A stretch of 64,000 nucleotides of DNA from an uncultured candidatus Porisulfidus sp. (GTDB taxonomy: Bacteria > Pseudomonadota > Gammaproteobacteria > Poriferisulfidales > Poriferisulfidaceae), in the NCBI GenBank assembly GCA_965242985.1, contig OZ251520.1, positions 142,426 to 206,425 of the forward strand, read 5' to 3'. Below the pieces are notes generated by a model. The model saw only the letters and a program-made list of their open reading frames with translations, was not told the origin of the DNA and made no database searches. Shown here one piece after another: positions 38,527-48,467 of this stretch. Every line of letters begins with the position of its first letter. The first letter of the stretch is position 1. The position numbers and the translations under genes are program-made.

Positions 38527-40389
38527 GCCGGCCAGCAGCGCATTCAGCCGGCCGACGAACGCGCCGGGGTTCTTCAGCACGCCGCCGTCGGCCAGCACCG
38601 CCTGCTCGTACAGCCACCAGGCCCAGTCGTCGAAGCGCGCCGCGTCGGCCTGCATGCGCGCCAGCAGCGGGTGCGCGAGATTCAGCTCCAGCGTCAGCTG
38701 CGGCGCCGCCGCCGCCTGGCCCTGGCGGCGCATGATCTCCTGCAGCAGCGGCGACAGGTCGTGCTCGCCGCGCACCAGGCAGGACGGCGAGTCGGTCAGC
38801 CGCGCCGAGGCGCGCACCGCCGCCACCTCGTCGCCGAGCGCCGCCTGCACGCGCGCGCACAGCTCCTCGCCCCCGGCCGCGGCGCCGGCGTCCGCGTCGT
38901 CCGCGTCCGCCGCCGCCGGCAGCTCGAGCTCGCCCTTGGCCACCGACTGGAACGGCCGCCCCTCGTGCTCCCGCACCCAGCTGGTCAGCCACTCGTCGAC
39001 CGGGTCGGTCAGCAGCAGCACCTCGATGCCGCGGCGGCGGAAGATCTCCAAGTGCGGGCTCTGCCGCGCCGCCTCCAGGCTGTCGGCGGTCAGGTAGTAG
39101 ATCTTCTGCTGCCCCTCGCCCATGCGCTCCAGGTAGCCGGCGAGGGTGGCTTCGGGCGCCGCGGCCGCGTCGTCCGCGGTGGAGTGGAAGCGCGCCAGGC
39201 GCAGCACGCGGTCGCGGCGCTCGGCGTCCTCGACCGCGCCCTCCTTGAACACGCGCCCGAACTCGGCCCAGAACTTCGCGTAGTCCTCCGGGCGCTCGGC
39301 GGCGAGCTCGTCGAGCAGGTCCAGCACGCGCTTGACGCAGGCGGCGCGGATGACGTCCAGGGTGCGGTGGCTCTGCAGCAGCTCGCGCGAGACGTTCAGC
39401 GGCAGGTCGCTGGAATCGACCACGCCGCGCACGAAGCGCAGGTAGCGCGGCAGCAGCCGCTCCGGCTCCTCCATCACGAACACCCGCTGCACGTACAGCT
39501 TGACCCCGTGCTGCGGATCCGGGTCGGCCAGGTCGAACGGCGCGGCCGCCGGCAGGTACAGCAGCAGGCTGTACTCGGCGCGGCCCTCGACCCGGTGGTG
39601 GGTCCAGGCCAGCGGCGGGTTCGGGTCGTGCGCGACGTGCGGGTAGAACTCCCGGTAGTCCGCGTCCGCGAGCTCCTTCGGCGGGCGCGCCCACAGCGCC
39701 TGCGCCTGGTTGACGGTCTCCCACTCCTCGGTCGGCCGGCCCCGGTCGTCGCGGCTGCGCAGCCGGATCGGGAACGGGATGTGGTCGGAGTAGCGCTTGA
39801 CGATCTCGCGCAGCCGCTGGTCCTCGAGGAATTCCCGCTCGTCCTTCTTCAGGTGCAAAGTGACGGCGGTGCCGCGCGGCGCCGCCTCCAGCTGCTCCAG
39901 GTCGTAGCCGCCGCGGCCGTCGGACTCCCAGGCGGTGCCGCCGTCGGCGCCGGCGCGGCAAGTGCGCAGCGCCACCCGGTCGGCGACGATGAAGGCGGAA
40001 TAGAAGCCGACCCCGAACTGGCCGATCGGGCGCGGGCCGCCCTCCTTGCCGTCGCCGTGCCGGCGCAGGAACTCGCGCGTGCCGGAGCGGGCGATGGTGC
40101 CGATGTTGCGCACCACCTCCTCTTCGCTCATGCCGACGCCGTTGTCGGCGACGGTCAGGGTGCCGGCTTGGGCGTCCGCCTCGAGGCGGATGGCGAACTC
40201 GGCGTCGCCCGCGGCCAGGCCCTCGTCCGACAGCGCCTCGAAGCGCAGGCGGTCCAAGGCGTCGGCGGCGTTGGAGATCAGCTCGCGCAGGAAGATCTCC
40301 TTGTGCGAATACAGGGAGTGCGCGACCAGCTGCAGCAGCTGGTCGACCTCGGCCTCGAAGGCGCGGTGCTCGGTCTTGCGCTTGGCCAC
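38503..40389 (-). CDS. htpG: Molecular chaperone HtpG (Hsp90)
   Basis: N-terminal FEAEVDQLLQLVAHSLYSHKEIFLRELISNAADALDRLRF and GQFGVGFYSAF GHKL-ATPase motifs. 628 aa. Confidence 0.9.
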   Translation of the reverse strand: MAKRKTEHRAFEAEVDQLLQLVAHSLYSHKEIFLRELISNAADALDRLRFEALSDEGLAAGDAEFAIRLEADAQAGTLTVADNGVGMSEEEVVRNIGTIARSGTREFLRRHGDGKEGGPRPIGQFGVGFYSAFIVADRVALRTCRAGADGGTAWESDGRGGYDLEQLEAAPRGTAVTLHLKKDEREFLEDQRLREIVKRYSDHIPFPIRLRSRDDRGRPTEEWETVNQAQALWARPPKELADADYREFYPHVAHDPNPPLAWTHHRVEGRAEYSLLLYLPAAAPFDLADPDPQHGVKLYVQRVFVMEEPERLLPRYLRFVRGVVDSSDLPLNVSRELLQSHRTLDVIRAACVKRVLDLLDELAAERPEDYAKFWAEFGRVFKEGAVEDAERRDRVLRLARFHSTADDAAAAPEATLAGYLERMGEGQQKIYYLTADSLEAARQSPHLEIFRRRGIEVLLLTDPVDEWLTSWVREHEGRPFQSVAKGELELPAAADADDADAGAAAGGEELCARVQAALGDEVAAVRASARLTDSPSCLVRGEHDLSPLLQEIMRRQGQAAAAPQLTLELNLAHPLLARMQADAARFDDWAWWLYEQAVLADGGVLKNPGAFVGRLNALLAGSADQEAS

Positions 40390-40523
40390 GGGTGCGGTCG
40401 GTGGAGGGAACGGCTTCCCGCGGATGATTTAAGTCCGCCGGGGCGGAAAATCAAGGCGGCGCGGGCGATATCAGCGCACTATAATATGACAATGGCGCAT
40501 CCGGCACCTCCAGGCCCCCCCGC

Positions 40524-41567
40524 ATGACCGGCGCGACCGCGCAGGCGGCCCCGTTCGCCTATCCCGCCACCCGCGCCGTCGAGGCCGGGCGGGCCGAGCA
40601 CACCGCCGCCGAGCGGGCGGCGCTGCGGGCGCGGGCGCGCGCGCTGCTGGCGCGCGAGGACGCGGCGCTGGTGGCGCACTACTACACCCACCCGGACCTG
40701 CAGGAGCTGGCCGACGAGACCGGCGGCGCGGTCGCCGATTCGCTGGAGATGGCGCGCTTCGGCGCGGCGCACCCGGCCTCCACCCTGCTGGTCGCCGGGG
40801 TGCGCTTCATGGGCGAGACGGCGAAGATCCTGAGCCCCGAGAAGCGCGTGCTGATGCCGTCGCTGGAAGCCGAGTGCTCGCTCGACCTCGGCTGCCCGAG
40901 CACGGCCTTCGACGCGTTCTGCGACGCCCACCCGGAGCGCACCGCGGTGGTCTACGCCAACACCAGCGCGGCGGTCAAGGCGCGCGCCGACTGGGTGGTC
41001 ACCTCGAGCTGCGCGGCGCGCATCCTCGCGCACCTGACGGACCGCGGCGAGAAGATCCTGTGGGCGCCCGACCGCCACCTGGGCCACTACCTGCAGCGGG
41101 TCACCGGCGCCGACATGGAGCTGTGGCCGGGCCACTGCGTGGTGCACGACGAGTTCAAGTCGCGCGCGCTCGGCGCGCTGGTGGCGGAACATCCGGACGC
41201 GGCCGTGCTGGTGCACCCGGAATCGCCCGAGGAGGTGATCGAGCTGGCCGACGTGGTCGGCTCCACCTCGCAGCTGATCGCCGCCTGCCGGGAGCTGCCG
41301 AACGAAGAGTTCATCGTCGCCACCGACCGGCGCATCTTCCACAAGATGCGGCAGGCCGCCCCGGGGCGGCGCTTCCTCGAGGCGCCGACCGCCGGCGAAG
41401 GCGCCACCTGCAAGAGCTGCGCGCACTGCCCGTGGATGGCGATGAACGACTTGGACCGGCTGATCGCGGCGCTGGAGACCGGCGCCGGCGAGATCGAGGT
41501 CGACGAGGAGGTGCGCGTGAAGGCGCTGCGCTCGACTCAGCGCATGATGGAGTTCACCGCGCACTGA
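40524..41567 (+). CDS. nadA: Quinolinate synthase A
   Basis: NadA type motifs ([24 protein letters not shown], Cys ligands CSLDLGCP...[10 protein letters not shown]). Confidence 0.85.
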   Translation: MTGATAQAAPFAYPATRAVEAGRAEHTAAERAALRARARALLAREDAALVAHYYTHPDLQELADETGGAVADSLEMARFGAAHPASTLLVAGVRFMGETAKILSPEKRVLMPSLEAECSLDLGCPSTAFDAFCDAHPERTAVVYANTSAAVKARADWVVTSSCAARILAHLTDRGEKILWAPDRHLGHYLQRVTGADMELWPGHCVVHDEFKSRALGALVAEHPDAAVLVHPESPEEVIELADVVGSTSQLIAACRELPNEEFIVATDRRIFHKMRQAAPGRRFLEAPTAGEGATCKSCAHCPWMAMNDLDRLIAALETGAGEIEVDEEVRVKALRSTQRMMEFTAH

Positions 41568-41584
41568 GCGGAAACTATCGGAGC

Positions 41585-42262
41585 ATGAATTTGTTTGCCG
41601 CTCAAACAGGGCATCTGGTGCCCAGCACGCTTGCCCTGCTGATGACTCTCCTGCCCGGCTTTATCGCCGGGTCGGCTTTCTATTCGTTGACCGCCCATCC
41701 GAAACCCAGCGCATTTGAACGAATCGTGCAGGCCCTCATCTTCGCAGTCATTGTGCAGTTCTTGGTCGGTCCGTTAGGACTCGTCGCCAGAACCTCTGAA
41801 ACAGGCCTGTGGCCGAACATGGACGGGCAAGTGATCGTATCCGGCTTGTTTGCTATCGACGCGACCCTGTGGGCTTCGCCGATGCCGGACCTCGCCCGCA
41901 TTGCAACTGGTTTTCTGCTCGGTGTCCTCTTGGCGTGGACCATCAACCATGATTTTTTCCATCGCCTTATGCGGGAAATTGGGATAACAAAAGAAAATTC
42001 ATTCCCGTCGGAAATGTATTCTGCATTTTCCCGAATTCCGGCGTATGTCACCCTGCATCTCGGCGGAGAACGCCGCCTGATGGGGTTTCCTGAAGAATGG
42101 CCAAGCGACCCTCGCGCCGGACATTTTCTGCTTCAGGATCCCGCATGGATTGATGACGAAAACGAGCCCGTGCCGATAGAAGAAGTGGACAGCATAATGA
42201 TCTCCGTATCGGAGGTCAGCATGGTAGAATTCTCCCGTCCTCCCACAACCAGCAAGGAATAG
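41585..42262 (+). CDS. Hypothetical integral membrane protein (225 aa), lower-GC islet
   Basis: Four or five predicted TM helices (LVPSTLALLMTLLPGFIAGSAFY; IVQALIFAVIVQFLVGPLGLV; ...). GC ~55%. Followed 5 nt later by small ORF A. Confidence 0.6.
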   Translation: MNLFAAQTGHLVPSTLALLMTLLPGFIAGSAFYSLTAHPKPSAFERIVQALIFAVIVQFLVGPLGLVARTSETGLWPNMDGQVIVSGLFAIDATLWASPMPDLARIATGFLLGVLLAWTINHDFFHRLMREIGITKENSFPSEMYSAFSRIPAYVTLHLGGERRLMGFPEEWPSDPRAGHFLLQDPAWIDDENEPVPIEEVDSIMISVSEVSMVEFSRPPTTSKE

Positions 42263-42266
42263 ATCC

Positions 42267-42389
42267 ATGGCTAGAGAACCGCAATTGTTGCCCGGCGTGC
42301 CGCGGCAAAGAGGAATGTCCGAGCCCGGCGTTCGTCCGAAAAACTACGTTCGGCCAAAACCGCCGACAGCGCCTCCCCCCAAGAAATAA
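42267..42389 (+). CDS. Small basic Pro-rich peptide A (40 aa) ending in APPPKK
   Basis: ATG with AAGGA 8 nt upstream. MAREPQLLPGVPRQRGMSEPGVRPKNYVRPKPPTAPPPKK. Paralogous to peptide B. Confidence 0.4.
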   Translation: MAREPQLLPGVPRQRGMSEPGVRPKNYVRPKPPTAPPPKK

Positions 42390-42390
42390 A

Positions 42391-42543
42391 ATGACCGCAC
42401 GATCGAAATCGCCGGCAGGCGGGCGAGGGAAAGATGTTGCCCCGCATCGGCCGCCAGTGTCTGAGGTACAGGGCGGTGTAACACGAAAGCCGGAGGGCCT
42501 CCGACGCGGCAAGCCGTCACCGGCGCCGCCCCCAAAAAAATAA
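42391..42543 (+). CDS. Small basic Pro-rich peptide B (50 aa) ending in APPPKK
   Basis: ATG 1 nt after the stop of peptide A. MTARSKSPAGGRGKDVAPHRPPVSEVQGGVTRKPEGLRRGKPSPAPPPKK. The last 12 codons match A, with differences mostly at third positions. Confidence 0.4.
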   Translation: MTARSKSPAGGRGKDVAPHRPPVSEVQGGVTRKPEGLRRGKPSPAPPPKK

Positions 42544-42970
42544 ACTGGAAAGTTTCCGTTGCCGCACGTAATGCTGGAAGCGGGCCAAGGCCAGCACCAC
42601 CGGATAACCTGCTTGCCTACCACGCTAAGAGGCAATGCGAGCAGGTTGCAGCGACCAATGCCCGCACCAGTAAACTCTGCCCGCGCTTTAATCTGAACCG
42701 GCTCTCCAATTTCCTATAACTCCTCACGCAAATCTGCCAGTTGACTTGCTAGTGCAGTGCGCTCGACTTGGGCCAGCGATGTGTTGCTAGTTCTGGCATC
42801 GGACATAAAGTTCGTAGTTTCCTTTCAGCAACAACCCTGAGACGGAGACGGTATCCATCCGCGCACAGTTCGCGCAAACGCAGAACGACATCGACCAACT
42901 GCGTGAACAGCTCGCGGCCGCGAATGCACGCATCGATGAACTCCAGAAACGACTCGCCCCGCGCTGACGC

Positions 42971-45139
42971 TCAGGCGATATCCAGCGGATCCACCTCCAG
43001 GCTCCACTGCACCCCCCGGCGCCCCCCCGGCTCCCCCTTCGAAAGCCAGCCGTCCAGGCAGCGCTCCAGCGCCTTTCTCGATCGCGCCTTCAGCAACAGC
43101 TGCGCGCGCCACAGCCCGGCGCGCTTCGCCATCAGCGCCGGCGCCGGCCCCAGCACCGCGGCCTCGCCGCCGCGCAATTGCGCCCGCGCCCGCAGCAGGA
43201 ATTCCTCGGCGCGGCGGTAGTCCTCGTGCTGCGCCCGCACCAGCGCCCAGTAGCCGAACGGCGGCAGCGCCAGCTTCCGCCGCTCCCCGAGCAGCCGCTC
43301 CAGCCAGTCCTCGTAGCTGTCCGCCAGCAGCCGGCCGAGCAGCGGGTGCTCCGGCAGCGCGGTCTGCAGCAGCACCCGCCCGGGTTTGACGCCGCGCCCG
43401 GCCCGGCCCGACACCTGCACCAGCACCTGCGCCAGCTCCTCCGGCGCGCGCAGGCGCGGACTGAACAGCTGCCCGTCGATGTGCACGATGCCGACCAAGG
43501 TGACGTCGGGGAAGTCGTGGCCCTTGCACAGCATCTGCGTGCCCACCACCAGCTGGTAGTCGCCGCGGCGCAGCCGCTCCAGGCTGCGCTCGAGCTCGCC
43601 GCGGCGGCGGATGCGGTCGCGGTCCAAGCGCAGCACCGCGCAGTCCGGGAACTCCGCCCGCAGCCGGTCCTCGACCCGCTGCGTGCCCTGCCCCAGCAGC
43701 ACCGCGCCGTCCTCCAGCGCCGCGGCGGCCGGCTGCCGGAAGCCGCAGTGGTGGCACAGCGCCTGCTCGAGCGGGCGGTGGTAGACCAGGCAGGTCAGGC
43801 AGTGCGGACAATTCAGCGGCGCCTCCTCGCCCGGCAGGTACAGCGCCGGCGCGTAGCCGCGGCGGTTGAGGAACAGCATCGCCTGCTCGCCGCGGTCCAG
43901 CGTCTGCCGCAGCGCCGCCAGCAGCGGCGCCGACAGGCCGTCCTCCGCCGGATGGAGCCCGGTGTCGATCACTTCCAGCGCCGGCGCCGCGGCCGCGCCG
44001 GCGCGGTCCGGCAGGCTCAGGCGCCGGTACTTGCCGCTCTGGACGTTGCGCCAGGTCTCGATCGACGGCGTGGCCGTGCCCAGGATCACCGGCAGCCCGC
44101 CCTTCCAGGCGCGGTACACCGCCACGTCGCGGGCGTGGTAGCGGAAGCCCTCCTGCTGCTTGAGCGAGCCGTCGTGCTCCTCGTCGACGATGATCAGCCG
44201 CAGGTCGGCGAACGGCAGGAACACCGCCGAGCGGGTGCCGACCACCAGGTCCGCCGCGCCGCTCTGCGCCTGCAGCCAGGCCAGGTGCTGCTCGCGCGCG
44301 GTGCACTCCGAGTGGTAGACCGCGATGCGCACGCCCGCGTCCGCCGCCAGCCGGTCGCGCAGCTGCGGCACCAGGCCGATCTCCGGCGCCAGCACCAGCG
44401 CCTGCCCGCCGCGGGTCCGCAGTTCGGCCAGCGCCGCGCGGTAGACCTCGGTCTTGCCGCTGCCGGTGACGCCATGCAGCAGGGTGCAGCGGTATGCGCC
44501 GAGCCCGGCGCGCAGCTCGTCGACGGCGGCGCGCTGCGCCGGGTTGTGCGCGACGTCGGGCGGCGTCTTCGCCGGCGGCGGCGGCGGCAGGACCTGCACC
44601 GCCTCGGCCAGCCCCAGGGCGCGCAGCCGGCGCAGCTGCGCGCCCGGGTCCGGATGCACCGCGCACAGCTCCGCGAGGTCCAGCCCCGCGGGCGCGTCCG
44701 CCAGCGCCTCCAGCAGGCGCCGGCGCACCGGCGCGCGCCGGTGCGCCGCCGGCTCCTCGGCCCGGCCGGCCGCCGTCAGCCGCCAGCGGGCGGTCCCCGC
44801 CAGCGCCGCGCTCTCGCCGTGGCGCAGCCGCGCCGGCAGCGCCGCCTCCGCCACCAGGCCGACCGGGTGGCGGTAGTAGCCGGCCGCCCAGCGCACCAGG
44901 TCCAGCACGTCCTCGCCCACCGCCGGCGCCTCGTCCAGCGCGCGGCGGACGCGCTTCAGCGCGGGGCCGCCGGGCGGCGGCTCCCGGTGCTCCAGCACCA
45001 GGCCGATGCGGCTCTGGCGCCCGAACGGCACCAGCACCCGGCAGCCGGGCGGCGGCATCCCGCCGCGCTCCGGCGGCAGGTAGTCGTAGGCGTGGCGGAC
45101 CGGAACCCCGACGGCGACGCGCAGGCAGAGTTCCGGCAC
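42971..45139 (-). CDS. priA: Primosomal protein N' (replication restart helicase PriA)
   Basis: 3'BD N-terminus, Walker A GVTGSGKTEVY, DEEHD, Cys-rich zinc ribbon (CPHCLTCLVYH...CHHCG). 722 aa. Confidence 0.9.
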   Translation of the reverse strand: MPELCLRVAVGVPVRHAYDYLPPERGGMPPPGCRVLVPFGRQSRIGLVLEHREPPPGGPALKRVRRALDEAPAVGEDVLDLVRWAAGYYRHPVGLVAEAALPARLRHGESAALAGTARWRLTAAGRAEEPAAHRRAPVRRRLLEALADAPAGLDLAELCAVHPDPGAQLRRLRALGLAEAVQVLPPPPPAKTPPDVAHNPAQRAAVDELRAGLGAYRCTLLHGVTGSGKTEVYRAALAELRTRGGQALVLAPEIGLVPQLRDRLAADAGVRIAVYHSECTAREQHLAWLQAQSGAADLVVGTRSAVFLPFADLRLIIVDEEHDGSLKQQEGFRYHARDVAVYRAWKGGLPVILGTATPSIETWRNVQSGKYRRLSLPDRAGAAAAPALEVIDTGLHPAEDGLSAPLLAALRQTLDRGEQAMLFLNRRGYAPALYLPGEEAPLNCPHCLTCLVYHRPLEQALCHHCGFRQPAAAALEDGAVLLGQGTQRVEDRLRAEFPDCAVLRLDRDRIRRRGELERSLERLRRGDYQLVVGTQMLCKGHDFPDVTLVGIVHIDGQLFSPRLRAPEELAQVLVQVSGRAGRGVKPGRVLLQTALPEHPLLGRLLADSYEDWLERLLGERRKLALPPFGYWALVRAQHEDYRRAEEFLLRARAQLRGGEAAVLGPAPALMAKRAGLWRAQLLLKARSRKALERCLDGWLSKGEPGGRRGVQWSLEVDPLDIA

Positions 45140-45408
45140 CGTCAGGCCCGCGGCGCGCCCGGCAACGGAGAATCCGGTGGAAAACCGGGGGAAAACGCGG
45201 GCATAAGCGGGGGATTTCCGGGCGAACGGACGCCCCGGGACGGGGCGGGAAGAGCCTGGATGCGCGACTGCATGAGCGGGGAATCCGGCGCCGGAGCGCG
45301 GCCGGGCGGGCCGCGGGCGGGCCGGAACGCGCCGGGCCGGCCGCCGCCGTCATTGTAATGTGACGCGAAACGGGGTAAAGTTGCCCGGCCCGAAAACCCC
45401 CCGCCGCC

Positions 45409-46014
45409 ATGTTCGTTCCCCTGTCCCAGCAGATCCTGCGCACCGACATCTCCGGCATGCCGCTGGAGTGGATCGACTTCCAGGAGGCGGTGCGGCTGCA
45501 CTACACCGACAAGATCGCCTACACCAGCGGCAGCGACTGCCTGCGCGTGCGCGGCGGCTACAACTCGGCCACCGGCCGGCGCACCGTGCTGGTGCTGAAC
45601 TCGATCATCTCGACCCGCGGCCACAACCGCCGGCTGCACGAGACCTACGCGCCGCCGCTGAACAACCAGACGCTGTTCAAGCGCGACGGCTGGCTGTGCC
45701 TGTACTGCGGCGAGGAGTTCGCGCGCGCGGCGCTGTCGCGCGACCACGTCCGCCCGCTCAGCCAGGGCGGCGCCGACGAGTGGAACAACGTGGTCACCGC
45801 CTGCAAGCGCTGCAACAACCAGAAAGCCGGGCGCACCCCGGAGGCGGCCGGCATGTGCCTGCTGGCGATCCCGTTCGCGCCGACCCACGCCGAGTACGTC
45901 TATCTGCAGGGCCGCCGCGTGCTGGCGGACCAGATGGAATTCCTGCGCGCCCACTTCCCGCGCACCAGCCCGCTGCACGAGCACCAGCACGGGCGCCTCG
46001 GACCGCGGCCGTGA
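45409..46014 (+). CDS. HNH endonuclease family protein (201 aa)
   Basis: HNH motif CLYCGEEF...DHVRPLSQGG...NNVVTACKRCNNQK. Stop overlaps the hemH GTG (GTGA). Confidence 0.7.
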   Translation: MFVPLSQQILRTDISGMPLEWIDFQEAVRLHYTDKIAYTSGSDCLRVRGGYNSATGRRTVLVLNSIISTRGHNRRLHETYAPPLNNQTLFKRDGWLCLYCGEEFARAALSRDHVRPLSQGGADEWNNVVTACKRCNNQKAGRTPEAAGMCLLAIPFAPTHAEYVYLQGRRVLADQMEFLRAHFPRTSPLHEHQHGRLGPRP

Positions 46015-46976
46015 CCGCCGGCGCGGGATCCCCGCTCGGGGTCCTGGTCGCCAACCTGGGCACCCCGGACGCGCCCGACGCGGCCGCGGTGCGGCGCTAC
46101 CTGGCGGAGTTCCTGTCCGACCGGCGCGTGGTGGCGCTGCCGCCGCTGCTGTGGCGGCCGCTGCTGCACGGCCTGGTGCTGCGCCTGCGCCCGGCGCGCA
46201 GCGCGCGCGGCTACCGCCGCGTGTGGCTGGCGGAGGGCGCGCCGCTGCGGGTCCACAGCGAGCGCATCCGCGCCGCGCTCGAGCGCGAGCTGCGCGCCCG
46301 CGGCCGCGACGCGCGGGTGCGCCTCGGCATGCGCTACGGGCGGCCGTCGCTGGCCGAGGCGCTGGACGGGCTCGGCGGCCTGCCCGCGGTGGCGGTGCTG
46401 CCGCTGTACCCGCAGTGCGCCGCCGCCACCACCGCCTCGGTGCTCGACGCCCTGGACCGCCCCGGCGGGCCGCGGCTGCGCTTCCTGGCCTCCTACGCCG
46501 CCGACCCGGGCTACCTCGACGCCTGCGCCGCGCGCGTGCGCGAGTTCCGCGCCCGCCACGGCGCGGGCGACCGGCTGCTGCTGTCGTTCCACGGCCTGCC
46601 GCGGGCGGCCGAGCGCCGCGGCGACCCCTACGCCGCGCAGTGCCGCGCCACCGCCCGCGCCATCGCCGCGCGCCTCGGCCTGCGCTGGGACCAGTGGACG
46701 CTCGCGTTCCAGTCGCGCTTCGGCCCGCGGCGCTGGCTCGCGCCGTACGCCGCCGACGTCCTGCGCGCCCTGCCCGCGCTCGGCGCGCGCGCGGTGGACG
46801 TGTTCTGCCCGGGCTTCGCCGCCGACTGCCTGGAGACCCTGGACGAGATCGACCGCGAGGGCCGCGCCGCGTTCGCCGCCGCCGGCGGCGCGTCGTTCCG
46901 CTACATCCCCGCGCTCAACGACCACCCCGCGCACGTCCGCGCGCTGGCCGAGCGGGCGCTGCATGCCGCCGCCTGA
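46011..46976 (+). CDS. hemH: Ferrochelatase
   Basis: GVLVANLGTPDAPD N-terminus, LPLYPQ, SFHGLP and C-terminal ferrochelatase motifs. GTG start. Confidence 0.85.
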   Translation: MTAGAGSPLGVLVANLGTPDAPDAAAVRRYLAEFLSDRRVVALPPLLWRPLLHGLVLRLRPARSARGYRRVWLAEGAPLRVHSERIRAALERELRARGRDARVRLGMRYGRPSLAEALDGLGGLPAVAVLPLYPQCAAATTASVLDALDRPGGPRLRFLASYAADPGYLDACAARVREFRARHGAGDRLLLSFHGLPRAAERRGDPYAAQCRATARAIAARLGLRWDQWTLAFQSRFGPRRWLAPYAADVLRALPALGARAVDVFCPGFAADCLETLDEIDREGRAAFAAAGGASFRYIPALNDHPAHVRALAERALHAAA

Positions 46977-46987
46977 GGGAAGCCGCC

Positions 46988-47443
46988 GTGCTGCCGCTGC
47001 TGGTGTTCCTGCCGCTGTTCCTGATGCTGGAGCTGTTCCTGCTGGTGATGGTCGCGGTCGCCGGCGACTGGGGCTGGGGCGTGCTGTGGTTCGCGGTCGG
47101 CACCGCCGCGGCCGGGACGCTGCTGGTGCGCTGGCGCGCCGCCGGCGTGCTGGCGCGGCTGCTGTCCGGCGGCGCCGGGCCGGACGGCCCGGAGCGGCGG
47201 CTGGTCGCCGGCGCCTGGAGCACCGCCTGCGGGCTGCTGCTGATCCTGCCGGGCTTCCTCACCGACGCGCTGGGCGCGCTGCTGCTGCTGCCGCCGCTGC
47301 GCCGGCTGCTGCTCGACGCGATCCTGCTGGCGGCGGCGGCGCCGCCGCGCGAGCCGCCGCGGGAACCGCCGCCGCCGGCGGGCGGGCGCGGCCGGGTGGT
47401 CGAGGGCCGCGCCGAGCGGCTGGACGAGCCGCGCGGCCGCTGA
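46988..47443 (+). CDS. fxsA: FxsA-family membrane protein (phage-exclusion-associated, UPF0716)
   Basis: Two N-terminal TM helices and the conserved ILPGFLTDALGALLLLPP motif. Pro/Glu-rich C-terminal tail. Confidence 0.7.
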   Translation: MLPLLVFLPLFLMLELFLLVMVAVAGDWGWGVLWFAVGTAAAGTLLVRWRAAGVLARLLSGGAGPDGPERRLVAGAWSTACGLLLILPGFLTDALGALLLLPPLRRLLLDAILLAAAAPPREPPREPPPPAGGRGRVVEGRAERLDEPRGR

Positions 47444-47449
47444 GGCGGC

Positions 47450-48460
47450 TCAGGCGGGCGCGGCCGCGTCCGGCGCGAGCCGCTCCATCAGGTAGCACAG
47501 GCAGTCCTGCTCGACGATCTTCTCCTGCAGGGTCAGCATCGACAGCACCACCGGCCGGCGCGCCAGCAGGCGGCCGCCGCGGTTGACGAAGTAGGCGTCG
47601 AAGGCGTCGGCGCCGCGCTCGTCCGCCACCGCCAGCCGCGCGGCGCGCCCGGCGCGCCAGCGCCCGAACTCGAAGCCCGCCGGCACCTCGCGGAAGTTGT
47701 ACTCCGCCAGCCCCGGGTCCAGGCGCAGGTCCGCGCCGCCGCCGCCGAAGCCGAACGACAGCGCCGCCGGCACGCGCACCTGGGCGACGGTGTGGTACAG
47801 CTCCAGCCCGGCCGCCGCCGGCGCCGCCGGCAATTCCTCCTCGAACAGCCGCTGCTCCAGGTAGGCGCGGGCGTGCGCGACGCCCTCCGGGTGCGCCGGC
47901 AGGCCGCACTCGATGGTCAGCGCCGGGCACAGCCGGCTGAAGCGCAGCGAGTGCATGCCCGGCGGCACCCGCGAGTAGACCGCGGTGCGCGCGAAGCGCC
48001 CGGCCAGGTACAGCGTGCGCGGCTCCAGGGTGTTGACGCAGGCGTAGTGCGGGTTGGGGCCGGTGGTGTTGTGCACGTCGATGCTGGCGCAGGGCCGCCG
48101 CTCCCGCACGGCCGCGAACACCCGCTCCGCCATGCGGTGCTCCGGGGCGTCGCCGCCGGCCCACAGGCGGTTGTAGTCCGGCTGGCCGTCGAGCCGGCGC
48201 AGGCCGCGGCGGGCGGCCGCCACGTTGCCGATGAACACCGACAGCGGCCGCGGCAGCTCGGCGTCCGCGAAGTCGCGCAGGATGCCGCGCATCGCCTCCC
48301 AGCCGGTGGTCTCGTTGCCGTGCTGCAGCACGGTCAGGAACAGCGGCCGCCCGCGCCGCCCCGGCAGGTGCAGCAGGGTCGGCCCGCCGAGCAGCGCCTC
48401 CAGGCCCGGCGCGGGGCAGTCCGCGAGCCCCGCCGGCAGCCGCTCGAGCTCCCTCAGCAC
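47450..48460 (-). CDS. Succinylglutamate desuccinylase/aspartoacylase-family zinc hydrolase
   Basis: LQHGNETTG and IDVHNTTG zinc-binding-like motifs characteristic of the AstE/AspA family. Confidence 0.65.
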   Translation of the reverse strand: MLRELERLPAGLADCPAPGLEALLGGPTLLHLPGRRGRPLFLTVLQHGNETTGWEAMRGILRDFADAELPRPLSVFIGNVAAARRGLRRLDGQPDYNRLWAGGDAPEHRMAERVFAAVRERRPCASIDVHNTTGPNPHYACVNTLEPRTLYLAGRFARTAVYSRVPPGMHSLRFSRLCPALTIECGLPAHPEGVAHARAYLEQRLFEEELPAAPAAAGLELYHTVAQVRVPAALSFGFGGGGADLRLDPGLAEYNFREVPAGFEFGRWRAGRAARLAVADERGADAFDAYFVNRGGRLLARRPVVLSMLTLQEKIVEQDCLCYLMERLAPDAAAPA

Positions 48461-48467
48461 CGGCGCC

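Noticed and set aside
42830-42967. Coiled-coil-like ORF ...IRAQFAQTQNDIDQLREQLAAANARIDELQKRLAPR ending just before priA
   Set aside because: No ATG, GTG or TTG start follows the in-frame upstream TAG. It is probably a gene remnant or fortuitous frame. No further support could be found.
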